The translations under genes and the position numbers were made by a program. Source: Sphaeroforma arctica JP610 (taxonomy: Eukaryota). From it: 41,949 nt of DNA. The notes beneath the pieces are model-generated. The model was not told where the DNA came from and searched no databases. It saw only the letters and a program-made list of their open reading frames with translations. Below, one piece after another: positions 13,101 through 26,341 of this stretch. Within the stretch, counting starts at the first letter, position 1; every line of letters starts with the position of its first letter. The stretch spans positions 81,609 through 123,557 of the forward strand of contig NW_014040450.1 in NCBI RefSeq assembly GCF_001186125.1, written 5' to 3'.

Positions 13101-16100
13101 ATATCATTGGTGTGTAGGTACATGCAACATGTCACACCCCCCATCTGACACCACTCTCTCCACTTCCGCAACCATCTTATTGCTGTGTAGGTGCATGCAA
13201 CATGTCACACCCCCCCATCTGACACCACTCTCTCCACTTCCTGTGCCATCTTATTGCTGTGTAGGTACATGCAACATGTCACACCCCCCATCTGACACCA
13301 CTCTCTCCACTTCCTCTGCCGTCTCATTGCTGTGTAGGTACGGTGACATGCTGGCTAGCATGGACGATGACGAACACAAGGAAATCGCTCTGGAGCACTA
13401 CAGCGCAGCCATTGCGCTGCTGAAGGCAATGGACTCCAAATGGCTGTCAGAAGACGAGCGCCTGTCGCATCTGCACGATATGTACACGAGTGCTATCATG
13501 ACTCACTGCGAATTGGAGGTGCGTACGTGAACGTGTGAGGGGGTAGTATACGTTGGAACATGAACGTGTGAGTGGATTTGATTCATTGCAACGTGAACGT
13601 GTGAGGGGGTTTAATTCACTGTCACGTGAACGTGTGAGCACTGTTGGATCGCTGTGAATAGCCAAGTACTCACGGTACGTTGTGTCACGTGAGTGTTTCT
13701 GCACTTCTTTGGACTTTATGCTGTCACTCGTATTTTGTTAATATTAATATTTATATATATATTGACACGCTGCAGCAATATGTGGAGGGGCTCATGCTGC
13801 TGCAAAAAAACAAAGCGCTGCAGAAGGGACGGCCGGCGGAGGCGTCCGTGTATCTGTTTGAAGCAACGCTCCTTCAACATGTAAGTGGACCTTCGCTTGC
13901 GTATATATATTTATATATATATATATATAACGCTCCTTCAACATGTGAATGGTCCTACACTTGCGTACTTCACTTGCGCACATCCCACGGTGGACTGTCG
14001 TGCTCTCGCATTCAGATGAGAATGCGATCAGGGTTCAGTACAGCCTAACCTCTAAACCCCAAACCCTAAACCACCGACCCTAAACCCTAAACCTTAAACC
14101 CCGTTTATTTCTTGCGTATGAGCCTGTCATACTACTAGGCGTGAGTGGCAGTGGAGTATTATGTGGCAGACAGTACGGATCGGTGCAACAACAGACTGTC
14201 AGGCTCAGTTGAAAATCAGGAGAGAAATCCTTGTGTGTGGGAAATCGGGGGAAAAGTGCCAAATATGTGGGACAGTTGAAACATAAATATCGTTATTTGT
14301 ATTATGGAGGAGAAGGTACCCCTATGTGGATGAACCCCCCTAAACCCTAGAACCCTAGGAGATAAGTGCCTGGTTGTTGCCGACTGAGAACATGATCCGC
14401 GAATTGGCCTCTTATAATATATCCTTTGCACCACACAACGGTCCAACAAATGCATCGCAACACACCTCACCGCCTCTCAGCCACCACGTGGTCTCATGTA
14501 CTGTATCTTTAAACGCATCTCAGCCACCACGTGGTCTCATGTACTGTATCTTTAAACGCATCTCAGCCACCACGTGGTCTCATGTACTGTATCTTTAAAC
14601 GCATCTCAGCCACCACGTAATCTCATGTACTGTATCTTTAAATACATCTCAGCCACCACGTGGTCTCATGTACTGTATCTTCGGTGTCACAGAATGATCC
14701 CACACACTCGTCGCAATTGTCTCTGGAGAAGATTGCCCAGTCCAGGCAGCGTGCTATGGAGCTGGCAAAGGAGTACGATATCGAGGTGGGTGCGCCGTCT
14801 GGCTGTGATAGACATAGTTCGGGTGTGGTACATTGCATGCGTGGTTTATGTTGTGTGTCTATGTGCTTATGGTTTGACATGTTAGTGCATGAGGTCCGGT
14901 TGTGCAGGATTGTATGTGCACATTTTGCACAGACAGTTGCAACTGGCGGTATGTATCCGTATACATCATTTCTACATGTGTGTGGTATGCATAGATGATT
15001 GCTGGGTGGAAAGAACAGGCAAGTCCAGGAAGTGTTATCGTACGAAAGTAAATGGGAGATCGATTGTGAGCCTATAACTACATAATTATTTATTTACATA
15101 TTCAAACAGTGCTATTCTGGAGTATCTCTACGCACCTATGAACTTGTCCGTATAAACTGTGCATGGCGTTGGCAGCATCCTCAAGGCCTTATTACCTACA
15201 GAACGACTCAGCATGTGTAGTGGATGGCTTGTGTGATGTAAACGTGCACATGATACGCACAACACAATCATCAGTACGTCCACCCCATACGCGCGACATG
15301 AACCCGACAGATAGTAGATACACGTGCGACATGTACGTGTTGGTAGCCATATCAGATGCGAATGGAGATATAGACCGCCGCAAAGCACTCGAACAAAGAT
15401 ATAAAGGCCCCATTAATGGCCGACCTTGCAGTGTCTTTGGCGTACTGGTAGCTGTATCTGTGCATATCTCACTTTGCCTCGCAGTCTGTGAGAGAGAAGT
15501 CGTGCTGCCATATCGGCTTGTGTGTCCAATCGGTAAACTTGGTTTATACACCATGGCACAGCAAGCCAAGTGTCGTTGATGGTGCTAGTCACTCTACTTG
15601 TTTATTGGGGGTTTTGTTTGTAATCCTAATTTGGCCCCCTGTTTTTTTTAGTTTTCTGGCCCTTTTTTCGGGGTGGCTGGCCAATATTTCGATTTGTTAT
15701 GTCGTGTGGCGCTCACCTATAGTAGAAGTTTGCGACCACACATGCGCCATAGCTTACAAACCAATCCTTGCGTCTGATTCTATTTTTATCTCCATACCCG
15801 ACACTGCTGTGTACTGTAGGAGGAGATGGAGGATCCGATGTTCGATACAGCGAGCAATGAAATAAACGTAGGTGACCCTTCCGCATCACGCTATAGCCTA
15901 TATGTTGATGTATGGGATCCTTCCGCATCACGCTATAGCCTATATGTTGATGTATGGGATCCTAACGAATCACGCTATAGCCTATATGTTGATGTATGGG
16001 ATCTTAACGAATCACGCTATAGCCTATATGTTGATGTATGGGATCCTAACGAATCACGCTATAGCCTATATGTTGATGCGTGGGATCCTATACGGACAAC

Positions 16101-19100
16101 CACATATCCATCCCGTTTGCTGTGGTTCTGTTCGTGTACATCACGCTATAGCCTATATGTTGATGTATGGGATCCTATACAGACAACCACATATGCATCC
16201 TGTTTGCTGTGGTTCTGTTCGTGTACGTCGTGAAATAGACGCGTTAGTGCTCTCAGACAGTGATCAATTGCACTAGAAGCTTAGCGTCTCGTCGTTCCCA
16301 AAGTTCCGTTTATCTCCCTCAAAACGTCAGTCTTTGATTGTCAAACAATCGTAAGCATCTGGCCACACACCATTACCACTCACTCTCTCACTCACTCTCT
16401 ACGCCGTCAGTTGACACTCACTGTCCCATTGCATGTATCACACAACACTCTCTCCTCTCACTCTCTCACTCACTCTCTCTCACTCATCACTCTCAGTCTC
16501 TACGCCATCAGTTGACACGCACTGTCCCATTGCATGTACCGCCTCACAGGGCTTTGAATCAATTGCCGAAGACTCGGATCCAGACGAAAGTATGGGCGGC
16601 GATGAAGTCAGTGAGAAGATCAAGGTACTGTGTGTTAGGTTATTCATAGTAGGCTTATCAGCACACATAGCCATAGAAGTGTGTGCGATTGATAGACAGT
16701 ACTATCAGTGCTCGATAGCAGTGGTAGTAGTAGTGTGTTGGATGCGTTAACTGTATCTGGTAGTGTGTTCGTTGTATAAAGCATGTGCATTGCCAATGAA
16801 CCATGTAATCTATGAATGAGTGGTGTGTTCTATGAGCACGTGGTACGTTGCGTGTACAATCCATAGTATTAATAATCTATGAACTAGTTATAATATCAGA
16901 GCAATTCATAGTATTAGTATTCTATGAATTAATTATAATATCAGAGCAATTCATAGTATTAGTATTCTATGGACTAATTATAATATCAGAGCAATACATA
17001 GTATTATCACTTATAGTGTCGGTGTGCTCTGTACATAATAGGAGGCACGCCAAACGGCCGCGAGAGAGAGAGCGCTCATCAACAGAGTCAACAAACGCAA
17101 TGACAAGGGCGAGGTAGGTACCTGGCATCTAAGTATCCGTTAAAATCCTCAATTTCTACTGGAATGCATCTAAGTATCCGTTTAAAGTTCTCAATTTTTA
17201 TTGGAAATGCATCTAAGTATCCGTTAAAGTCCTCAATTTCTACTGGAAAGCATCTAAGTATCCGTTTAAAGTCCTCAATTTCTATTGGAATGCATTCTAA
17301 GTATCCGTTTAAAGTCCTCAATTTCTATTGGAATGCATCTAAATATCTGTTAAATTTCTCAATTTCATTGGAATGCATCTAAAAATCCGTTTAAGTCCTC
17401 ACTTTCTACTGGAAAGCATCTAAGTATCCGTTTAAAGTCCTCAATTTCTATTGGAATGCATCTAAGTATCCGTTTAAAGTCCTCAATTTATATTGGAATA
17501 CATCTAAGTATCCGTTAAAGTCCTCAATTTATATTGGAATGCATCTAAATATCCGTTTAAGTCCTCACTTTCTATTGGAATGCATCTAAGTATCCGTTAA
17601 AGTTCTCAATTTCTATTAGAATGCATCTAAGTATCCGTTAAATTTCTCAATTTCTATTTGAATGCATCTAAGTATCCGTTCAATTTCAGTGCGCAATTTC
17701 TATTAGGAGACAGGTGTATTCCTAATATGTCTGTGTTTGAAATATACTTGGTCACGTGCGAGATATACATTCTCTGGTGGGTGGGGCTTGTGTTCTTGAG
17801 TTTGTACCATCCCCGGTTGCTAGAGCAGGTTGTGTGCAGATATGAGCATGTGTCCAAAGTCCAATGCCGACGTTTATCAAATACATGCTTGTAACTGTAT
17901 CCGTACACATATATAATCCCAGCACACTTTAACCAATACGCACCTTACAACCGTATCCGTACACATATATAATCCTAGCATACCTCAACGAACACGCACC
18001 TTACAACCGTATACGTACACATATATAATCCTAGCACACCTCAACCAACACGCACAGACCGCGCTACACTCGGCCGTCATCAGTGGAGACAGGGCCAAGG
18101 TGGTGCAGCAGTTGGGTTGGGGAGCGAAGGTTGTGACGTACGACTTCATGGGCTGGACTCCCATTCACGAGGCAGCGAACCACGGCCATGTGGAGATACT
18201 GAGCTTGTTGCTGGAGACGCCTGGGTATGTGCATGATGCTTAGCCGTCTACAGGAGAGTGCAGGTAGTGTGTTTGAGCTTGTTGCTGGAGACGCCTGGGT
18301 ATGTGCATGATGCTGAGACGTCTACAGGAGAGTGTAGGTAGTGTGTTTGTGCATGATGCTTAGACGTCTACAGGAGATTGTAGGTAGTGCCGTTGTGCAT
18401 GATGCTTAGACGTCTACAGGAGAGTGTAGGGGGTGTCTTTTGCACTCGGTTTGTGGGTCCCGGCAGACGGTACCGGTCTGTGTGTATTTGTGTATATGTG
18501 TGTAGCGTAGGTTATGGGGGGGGAATTCTGTGCATAGATGTGTGTGGGCAGATGGAGAGAGTGTCAACCACCACAACCACCACACTCAACCGTGTACAGT
18601 ATCTATTTGATACCCGCACTCTACTACCACTCCAAACTCCATAATACGATTCTAACGACTGACACAAACTTTCACCCATACGACACAATCCCACGCACAT
18701 GTGACTCAAACTTACACTCGTATGACACAATCCTACACGTGTCTGATATATCAACCACTCACTTAAACTCGGTTCCTACCCCCTTAAACCCTACAACCTA
18801 CAACCTACAACCAGCTGTACGTTGGCCGCAGTCAACGCTCCAAACAACGAGGGCGTGACGCCGTTGCACGACGCTGCCATGAACGGGGTACTGATCTCTG
18901 TGCCTACGTGTGTTGATTGTTGTGTGTGTGTCCATTTGTCTCTGTGTCTACGTATGTTAATTGTTGTCTGTGTCTTCTTTGTGCATGTGTGCTCATTTGT
19001 CTATGTGTCTGTGTGCTGGTTGTTGTCTGTGTCTTCTCTGAGCATGTGTGTTCATTTATCTCGTGTCTGTGTCTGTAGTGTTGTGTGTTGATTTTTATCT

Positions 19101-19769
19101 TTATCTCTTCTGTGCATATGTGTTCATTTATCTCTGTGTCTGTGTGTGTTGTGAGTTGATTTTTATCTTTGTCTTCTTTGTGCATGTGTGTTCATCTGTC
19201 TCTGTGTCTGTGTATGTTGGTTGTTGTCTGTGTCTTCTCTGTGCATGTGTGTTCATTTATCTCGTGTCTGTGTGTGTTGTGTTGTGTGTTGATTTTTATC
19301 TTTATCTCTTCTGTGCATGTGTTCATTTATCTCTGTGTCTGTGTGTGTTGATTGTTGTGTTGATTTTTATATTTGTCTTCTTTGTGCATGTGTGTTCATC
19401 TGTGTCTGTGTCTGTGTCTTCTCTGTGCGTGTGTGCCCATTGGTCTCTGCGCCTATGTGTGTTGATTGTTTTCTCTGTCTGTTTTTGTTCATTGGTCTGT
19501 CTGTCTATGTGTGATACAAATCATTTGACATTCGTGAGAAGACCCTCTAAACGCTGTGTGACTGTGATAGGGGACCATGCATGTTGCGACAAACTCGGCA
19601 AAGCCTTTGAGACGACTTTTCACTTTTCTTTCCAATCGACGGTGTATTTGCCTGTGCATATCCTGTGGTACATGCATGGGCTCAGAAAGCGTTGTATGAT
19701 ATGCAAGCACATCACGATGACCATAAGATACATTGAGTCATCTGATGCTATCTATATATATATATATAA

Positions 19770-19844
<75 letters not shown>

Positions 19845-19863
19845 GTGTAAGTATATATGTATG

Positions 19864-19896
<33 letters not shown>

Positions 19897-22800
19897 ATGT
19901 ATGTATGTATGTATGTATAAAGTATGTATGTATGTATGTATAAAGTATGTATGTATGTATGTACACGAAATGTACAGAGTATGTATGTATGTATGTACAC
20001 GTAATGTACCGACCATTCCCATACAGAATACGGTGATGAGGCACCCCTATTATGCACAGGCAACTACCACACGTTTGGCCGCACAGTTGCACTTTTATAT
20101 GAACTGAGTGTATATCAAGTAGTATTCAATATATAAATTTTCAAGTAGTATTCAATATATAAGTTATCAAGTAGTACTCGATATATATAACCGTAGCCTA
20201 CCATGTACAATCCATCAAGTGTATTGAACCCTGGTTGTTAGTCGTGGTTGCATGCTTTTTCGTACCTACATGCTTTTGTGTGTGAGAGGCATTTGCACAG
20301 AATCCCCGTTCCTGCTTGGCAGAGCGCTGCTGATGCACTTTTTACATCTTACCCGCCCACATTATCTACCACCTATATCCCAGTATATATGATATCTCCA
20401 CCCCCAGTAGACATTACACTAACACAGATCTATATTATCTACCACCCATATCCCAGTATATATGGTATCTCCACCCCCAGTAGACATTACACTGACACAG
20501 ATCTATATTATCTACCTCCTATATCCCAGTATATATGATATCTTCACCCCCAGTAGACATTACATCGACACAGATCTATATTATCTACCACCTATATCCC
20601 AGTATATATGATATCTCCACCCCCAGTAGACATGACACTGACACAGATCTATATTATCTACCACCTATATCCCAGTATATATGATATCTCCACCCCCAGT
20701 AGACATGACACTGACACAGATCTAAATTATCTACCACCTATATCCCAGTATATATCATATCTCCACCCCCAATAGACATTACACTAACACAGCTCGAGGA
20801 GGATTATCTATCATCTGTAGTATCTGCCACACCCATTGATTCATGAAACGTTTTGTCTGCAAACGCACCAGTACGACGAATGCGTTCGGCTATTGCTGGA
20901 TGCCGGTGCAACCAGAAGTCTAGAACACTTGGACCGGAAGAAGCAGCGACCACTGGTAAACGTGTACGACTTTTGTTGAACCGCAGCTTGATAGCTTATT
21001 CGGTTGAATATGTGATGAGCGTGTACGGCTTTTGTTGAACCGCAGCTTGATAGCTTATTCGGTTGAATAGGTGATGAGCGTGTACGGCTTTTGTTGAACC
21101 GTAGCTTGATAGCTTATTCGATTGAATAGGTGATGAGCGTGTACGGCTTTTGTTGAACCGCAGCTTGATAGCTTATTCGGTTGAATAGGTGATGAGCGTG
21201 TACGGCTTTTGTTGAACCGCAGCTTGATCGCTTATTCGGTTGAATAGGGGATGAGCGTGAGCCTACCCGTGTTTCCGGCTATAACATGTTTTTTCGTGGT
21301 GTGCAAATGCAGATAAAGCTAGGACACAAGACTCATGTGGGAACGTATGCATGCATCTGAACGTCTACCGTCGCGCTTGTGCCTTATCTGTTCATCTACC
21401 TACCCTGGGTTTTATAAAACCCAAAAACCCTAAACCTTAGCAACCTATCCGCCTGCTTACCTGCATACCCTATATCGTGCCTGCATCTTTCGATTGCTGA
21501 TTCCAGTTGCCGCCACTATCCTCCCACACCTGCACATACTGGAGATGATCCCATACATCTGATACGTCTCATGCTACACACCAACTAGTGCACATACTGA
21601 AGATGATCCGACACATCTGATACGTCTCATGCTACACACCATCCCTTACACTGCCCAGGATGTGGCCATTGACGGGTGCAAACAAGTGCTTGAAGAAGCC
21701 ATGACAGCCGAAGGCTTGCGCCTGGATACAATCGAGGTCATTAGGCCCGAATCACCCGAGAAAATGGTGCAGGACATCCCGTTGCCCATGGAAACCGCAC
21801 AAGCCCTCCGAGCCCCGAAACGGGGCACGGCACACTTCCTGGATATGAAGGAACGGATTGAAGAACAATACACAAAGTATGTGTGGGATGTGTGGGGGAG
21901 TACCTTGATTATTATTTGCTGCTGTGGAGATTTTGTTGTGTTGTGTGTAGCATTTCCTGGACGGGAACGAACGAACGAATTGAGGATTAGTACACAGCGT
22001 ATGTGTGGCTGTGTGTGTGATCAAAGCATACGCGTGGCTGTGTGCGGGATCAAAGCATGCGCGTGGCTGTGTGTGGGATCAAAGCATGCGCGTGGCTTTG
22101 TGTGGGATCAAAGCATGCGCGTGGCTGTGGTGTCACTTACATTCTGCATAGCAGTTGATGACATGTGAGATGTGTCTGTAGGGGCATGTGTTGGTCAGCT
22201 GAGTCGGTGTGTGCCTGAGTAGGTGCCTGGCTGCCCTCTGTGGGGTGTGTTCGAATGGGTGTGCACTACAGTGTATGTGCGGCCGTAATCACGAACCTCC
22301 CCACTGTAGTACGTAGACTGTGTAGACTGTGTACATGCGAGACGTTGTGTGTGTGCCTGTTAGACGTTATGTAGACAGGTCTATTTCAAGTTCATATGTC
22401 AGAGCTCATATCCATACTACGCATCTGTGGGTTAAAACCTCGCCATATGAATACGATTAGGGCTGTTCGTTCTTACTGAGTGCTACTACATGGGAGTTCT
22501 GGCCGGAATACCACCACTCAAATGTCCTGTTTGACTAAGCTGTTACATGCACGTATGACACATCACTTGAATATATCTTCACACTCTCGCTGCCCGTCAC
22601 TGTCCTTTTTCCACCAATGCACTCACCGGGCGCGGGTAGAGGTTACAGAGAGCTGGTGGTGTGGAGTTTTAGTATGTGCTGTTGTTTTGAGTGTATTGGT
22701 ATGACACTCGAATGCTTTCTTCACAGCGTACATTGAGGTATATATGAATACACATAGTAATATATATATATATATATATATATACGTAGAGAGATATCTA

Positions 22801-23078
22801 TATATCGGATACACACACATACATATATGTACATGAACACACGTAGATAGCTTCATACGTTTTTGTACTTATAAATGCCACCGTCCTCTCTGGACCAACG
22901 TAATTAACAGACGAGCTCAGATGAAGAGCGCTGATGGTGTGGACGTGACCAGTGAATCAGAAGAGGAAGGTCTCACAGATGAACTGGACGACGAAAGGAA
23001 TGCCGACCTCACAGACAGCAGTGACAGTGACAGGTGTGTTATATAAACAGTGACAATATATATATGTATATATGTATA

Positions 23079-23111
<33 letters not shown>

Positions 23112-23222
23112 ATATTTATATTTATATATATATATATATATTATATATATATATTATTATATATATATATATATATATACCTGAAGTTGTATTTGTGTGT
23201 GTGTCTCTTTGTTTGTATATAC

Positions 23223-23279
<57 letters not shown>

Positions 23280-25937
23280 CAAATTTCTTTGCACTGGAGT
23301 ATAGTGACCGAAATGCTCATATACATTCCTCCCAACCAAAATCCACCGCTGCATATTACACCTCTTGTCCGTCTATCCTTACGCTCTATTACCAATCTGA
23401 CACAGATTCGCAGTGACAAACGATCTCTCGGATGAAGCACTGAGTGACGCCGACCCAATGGCTGGCGCAGCCCATGCCCTGACCACTCGCAGCCCCAATG
23501 TGCAACTGCACGCCCCCAGAATGGATGGATTTGACTCATTCTCTGACGACGATGATGTGTTGATGGGTGTCAGTAGGTCTGAGGTAGGGTTTGGGAATGC
23601 TATGCTATGCTAATGCTAATGCTATGTTCAGGTCAGGTGTAGGGTGTACGTTGAGTTGAGTTAACAGCTTCTTCTGTTGGTGTTATTACTATGACACTGC
23701 ATTTCTCTGTGCAGTATGGGTCTTTTTTAAACGCCAAGGTCGGCTGCTGAACGACATCCTTGTTGCGCTGTGCTTGTAGCCCTCGGTCTACCTGTTGTAA
23801 ACCTTTATATTTTTCATGCTCACTATCTTCACACACAGGCCACGGGAGGGCAACCTGAGGTGTGTAGCATTGCACTGATATTGTTCATCTTTCAGGCTCT
23901 GAAACAAAGATAAGACATCTTCAGCTACAATATGTGTTCATTCGGTCTCGTGACCTGATATTGAGCTATCACCCCTTCCCAATTATTCAGTAAAACCGCT
24001 TCAGTATAATCTTATCCCGTCTTTCCACTCCAGTATAAGCTTATCCCGTCTTACCACTCCAGTATAATCTTATCCTGTCTTCCCACTCCAGTATAAGCTT
24101 ATCTCGTCTTACCACTCCAGTATAATCTTATCCTGTCTTACCACTCCAGTACAAGCTTATCTCGTCTTGCCACTCCAGTATAAGCTTATCTCGTCTTACC
24201 ACTCCAGTATAATCTTATCCTGTCTTACCACTCCAGTATAATCGTATCCCGTCTTACCACTCCAGAATGATCTTATCCACCACTCCAGTATAAGCTTATT
24301 CCCGGCGAATTGTCACTCCCCCATCTCATCAGCAGCACATCAACCCTCTGCGAGTGCACGTGGATGGCGCAGACTCAGACGCAGGCGCAAACAGTGTACA
24401 CTCGGGCACGCACACGCACACTCGGCACTCCGGATCACTTCCACACCGTGAGGACGCAGACACGCACACAGGAGCCCTACACAGAGACAGTGGGGATAGC
24501 TCAGAAGGGGCTGTGTGTGTAGTCAATCGACAACACATCAACCGCAACCACGGCGTGACTGGGTCTAGAAGCAAACACCGGGCAAAGACGGTGGCAAGCC
24601 GGAATTACAACTACAACTACAACATCTCACTCAACAGCGAGAAGACGACCGACAGACCATACGATGCACACGACGCGTACGACACCCGCGGGCGTAACCA
24701 CTCAACTGCCGAAGGGCAACACCAGGCGTCTATGAGACAGACAGCCGGGTCACGACTGAACGCGCACCACCAACTGCTGGGGGACTATTCGTCTAGTGGG
24801 AGTGATGGCGGTAGTGGACAATTAAGCAGGAGTGGGCCTGATCAGCATAGTGCGCGGGGGACGACGAGTGGGGGTGGGAGGAGGAGTCGCGGCCGGGCAG
24901 AGGGCCGGAGCGGTTCTGGTGAGCCTAGCCATCCGCAGCAAACACGCACACACACACACACACATGCACACGCAAACGCACACGTAGAAAGAGAGAAAGA
25001 GAGTGGAAAACAAAGGCATGGGCACGCCCACGCCCACGCTCACATACTAAGAAGGAAGAAGAGGAGACAGCAACCACATTCTCTGCCAGATAGGCTGTCA
25101 GGTGTGAGTTACACAGGACCCCGAAGTAATGACACGGGTCAGATCCATAGCACACACAACCGCAGGCGGCAGAAAACATCTGAGAGTCACAGGAGACGAG
25201 GCATGCATGAGACATATCATCATGGCAATGGAGAGCATTCCCGGGATAAGGGTGAGGTTAGTGGGGTTGGTACAGGGCGAGTGTCGGATGATAGTGACTG
25301 TGGGGATGCGCGTGGTCGTAGTCATTGGTACAGTGATGATAGTATCGGCGGTGGGATCAGTAGTGATGAGAATCACGCGCTCCGGTCGTCAGCCGGGGTG
25401 AACAGCATGGGCAGAGGTAGTATTAACAGTAACACGTATGGAGACAGTATTAGTAATAATGAGCCAAACAGCGGCAACGATAAACACAACCGACATAGCA
25501 GCAGGCACGGCATAGGGAGTGGTCGTGAGTCGGGCACTTACCGGTCGAGAGTGGTGGTCATCTCATCGGACACAGACAACAGTGCGGCAGAGTCCGCCTT
25601 AGACACAGGGATACCCTTCCACAGGGGAACACACGACGGTGCTCACACACGCACACACGCCAGCGGTACCATACACACCTTACCTACACATACACACACA
25701 CACACACGTGCGCGCGCACATTCACAACGCAGAGAGGTGGACAGTGGGGTCATGGAGGATTACTTCCCAACCATCGGCAGTGGCACAGTATCAGCAGGTG
25801 TGTGAGATGTGCTAGCAGTGTGTGGTAGTTGTATCCACGTCCATGTGCTTTATGTTTCTAAGTGCGTGTGTCCGAGAGAGGGTGAGTAATNNNNNNNNNN
25901 NNNNNNNNNNGTGTGTGCGTGTGTGTGTGTGTGTATA

Positions 25938-25968
<31 letters not shown>

Positions 25969-26278
25969 TATAAATGTAAATATATACATATATATAAATG
26001 TAAATATAAACATATATATATATATATATAGGTATGTGTGTGTGTGTTTGTGTGTGTGTGTATATACATGTAGATTTATGTACAATTATATATACATATA
26101 TATGTGTGTGTCTGGGTCTGGGTCTGGGTCTGGGTCTGTCTGTCTGTCTATGTCTGTCTGTGTCTGTCTGTGCGTATGTATGTATATATGTGTGTATAGC
26201 GGCATGTATACATTTGTACTTGCCAATATGATTTTCTTTGTCCCTTAACAACACCTTGGCTCCTCATTTGCATTCCCT

Positions 26279-26341
<63 letters not shown>

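Larger units (their letters stand above)
4451..14785 (+). other. TONSL: TONSL N-terminal TPR region (exons 1-10)
   Basis: TPR-like helices such as [50 protein letters not shown] and YGDMLAS...ALEHYSAAI. Confidence 0.8.
17042..20955 (+). other. TONSL: TONSL ankyrin repeat domain (exons 13-16)
   Basis: Spliced translation: [18 protein letters not shown]...[66 protein letters not shown]. Confidence 0.9.

Noticed and set aside
15163..15579. Possible additional TONSL exon (…[15 protein letters not shown]…)
   Set aside because: I found no convincing phase-compatible acceptor/donor pair, and exons 10 and 11 already join in frame. It cannot be fully excluded.
17126..17686. CRISPR-like appearance of the 29-43-bp arrays (also 6253-6538, 23995-24303, 32535-33130)
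   Set aside because: Units are head-to-tail with no unique spacers, lie in eukaryotic introns, and there are no cas genes.
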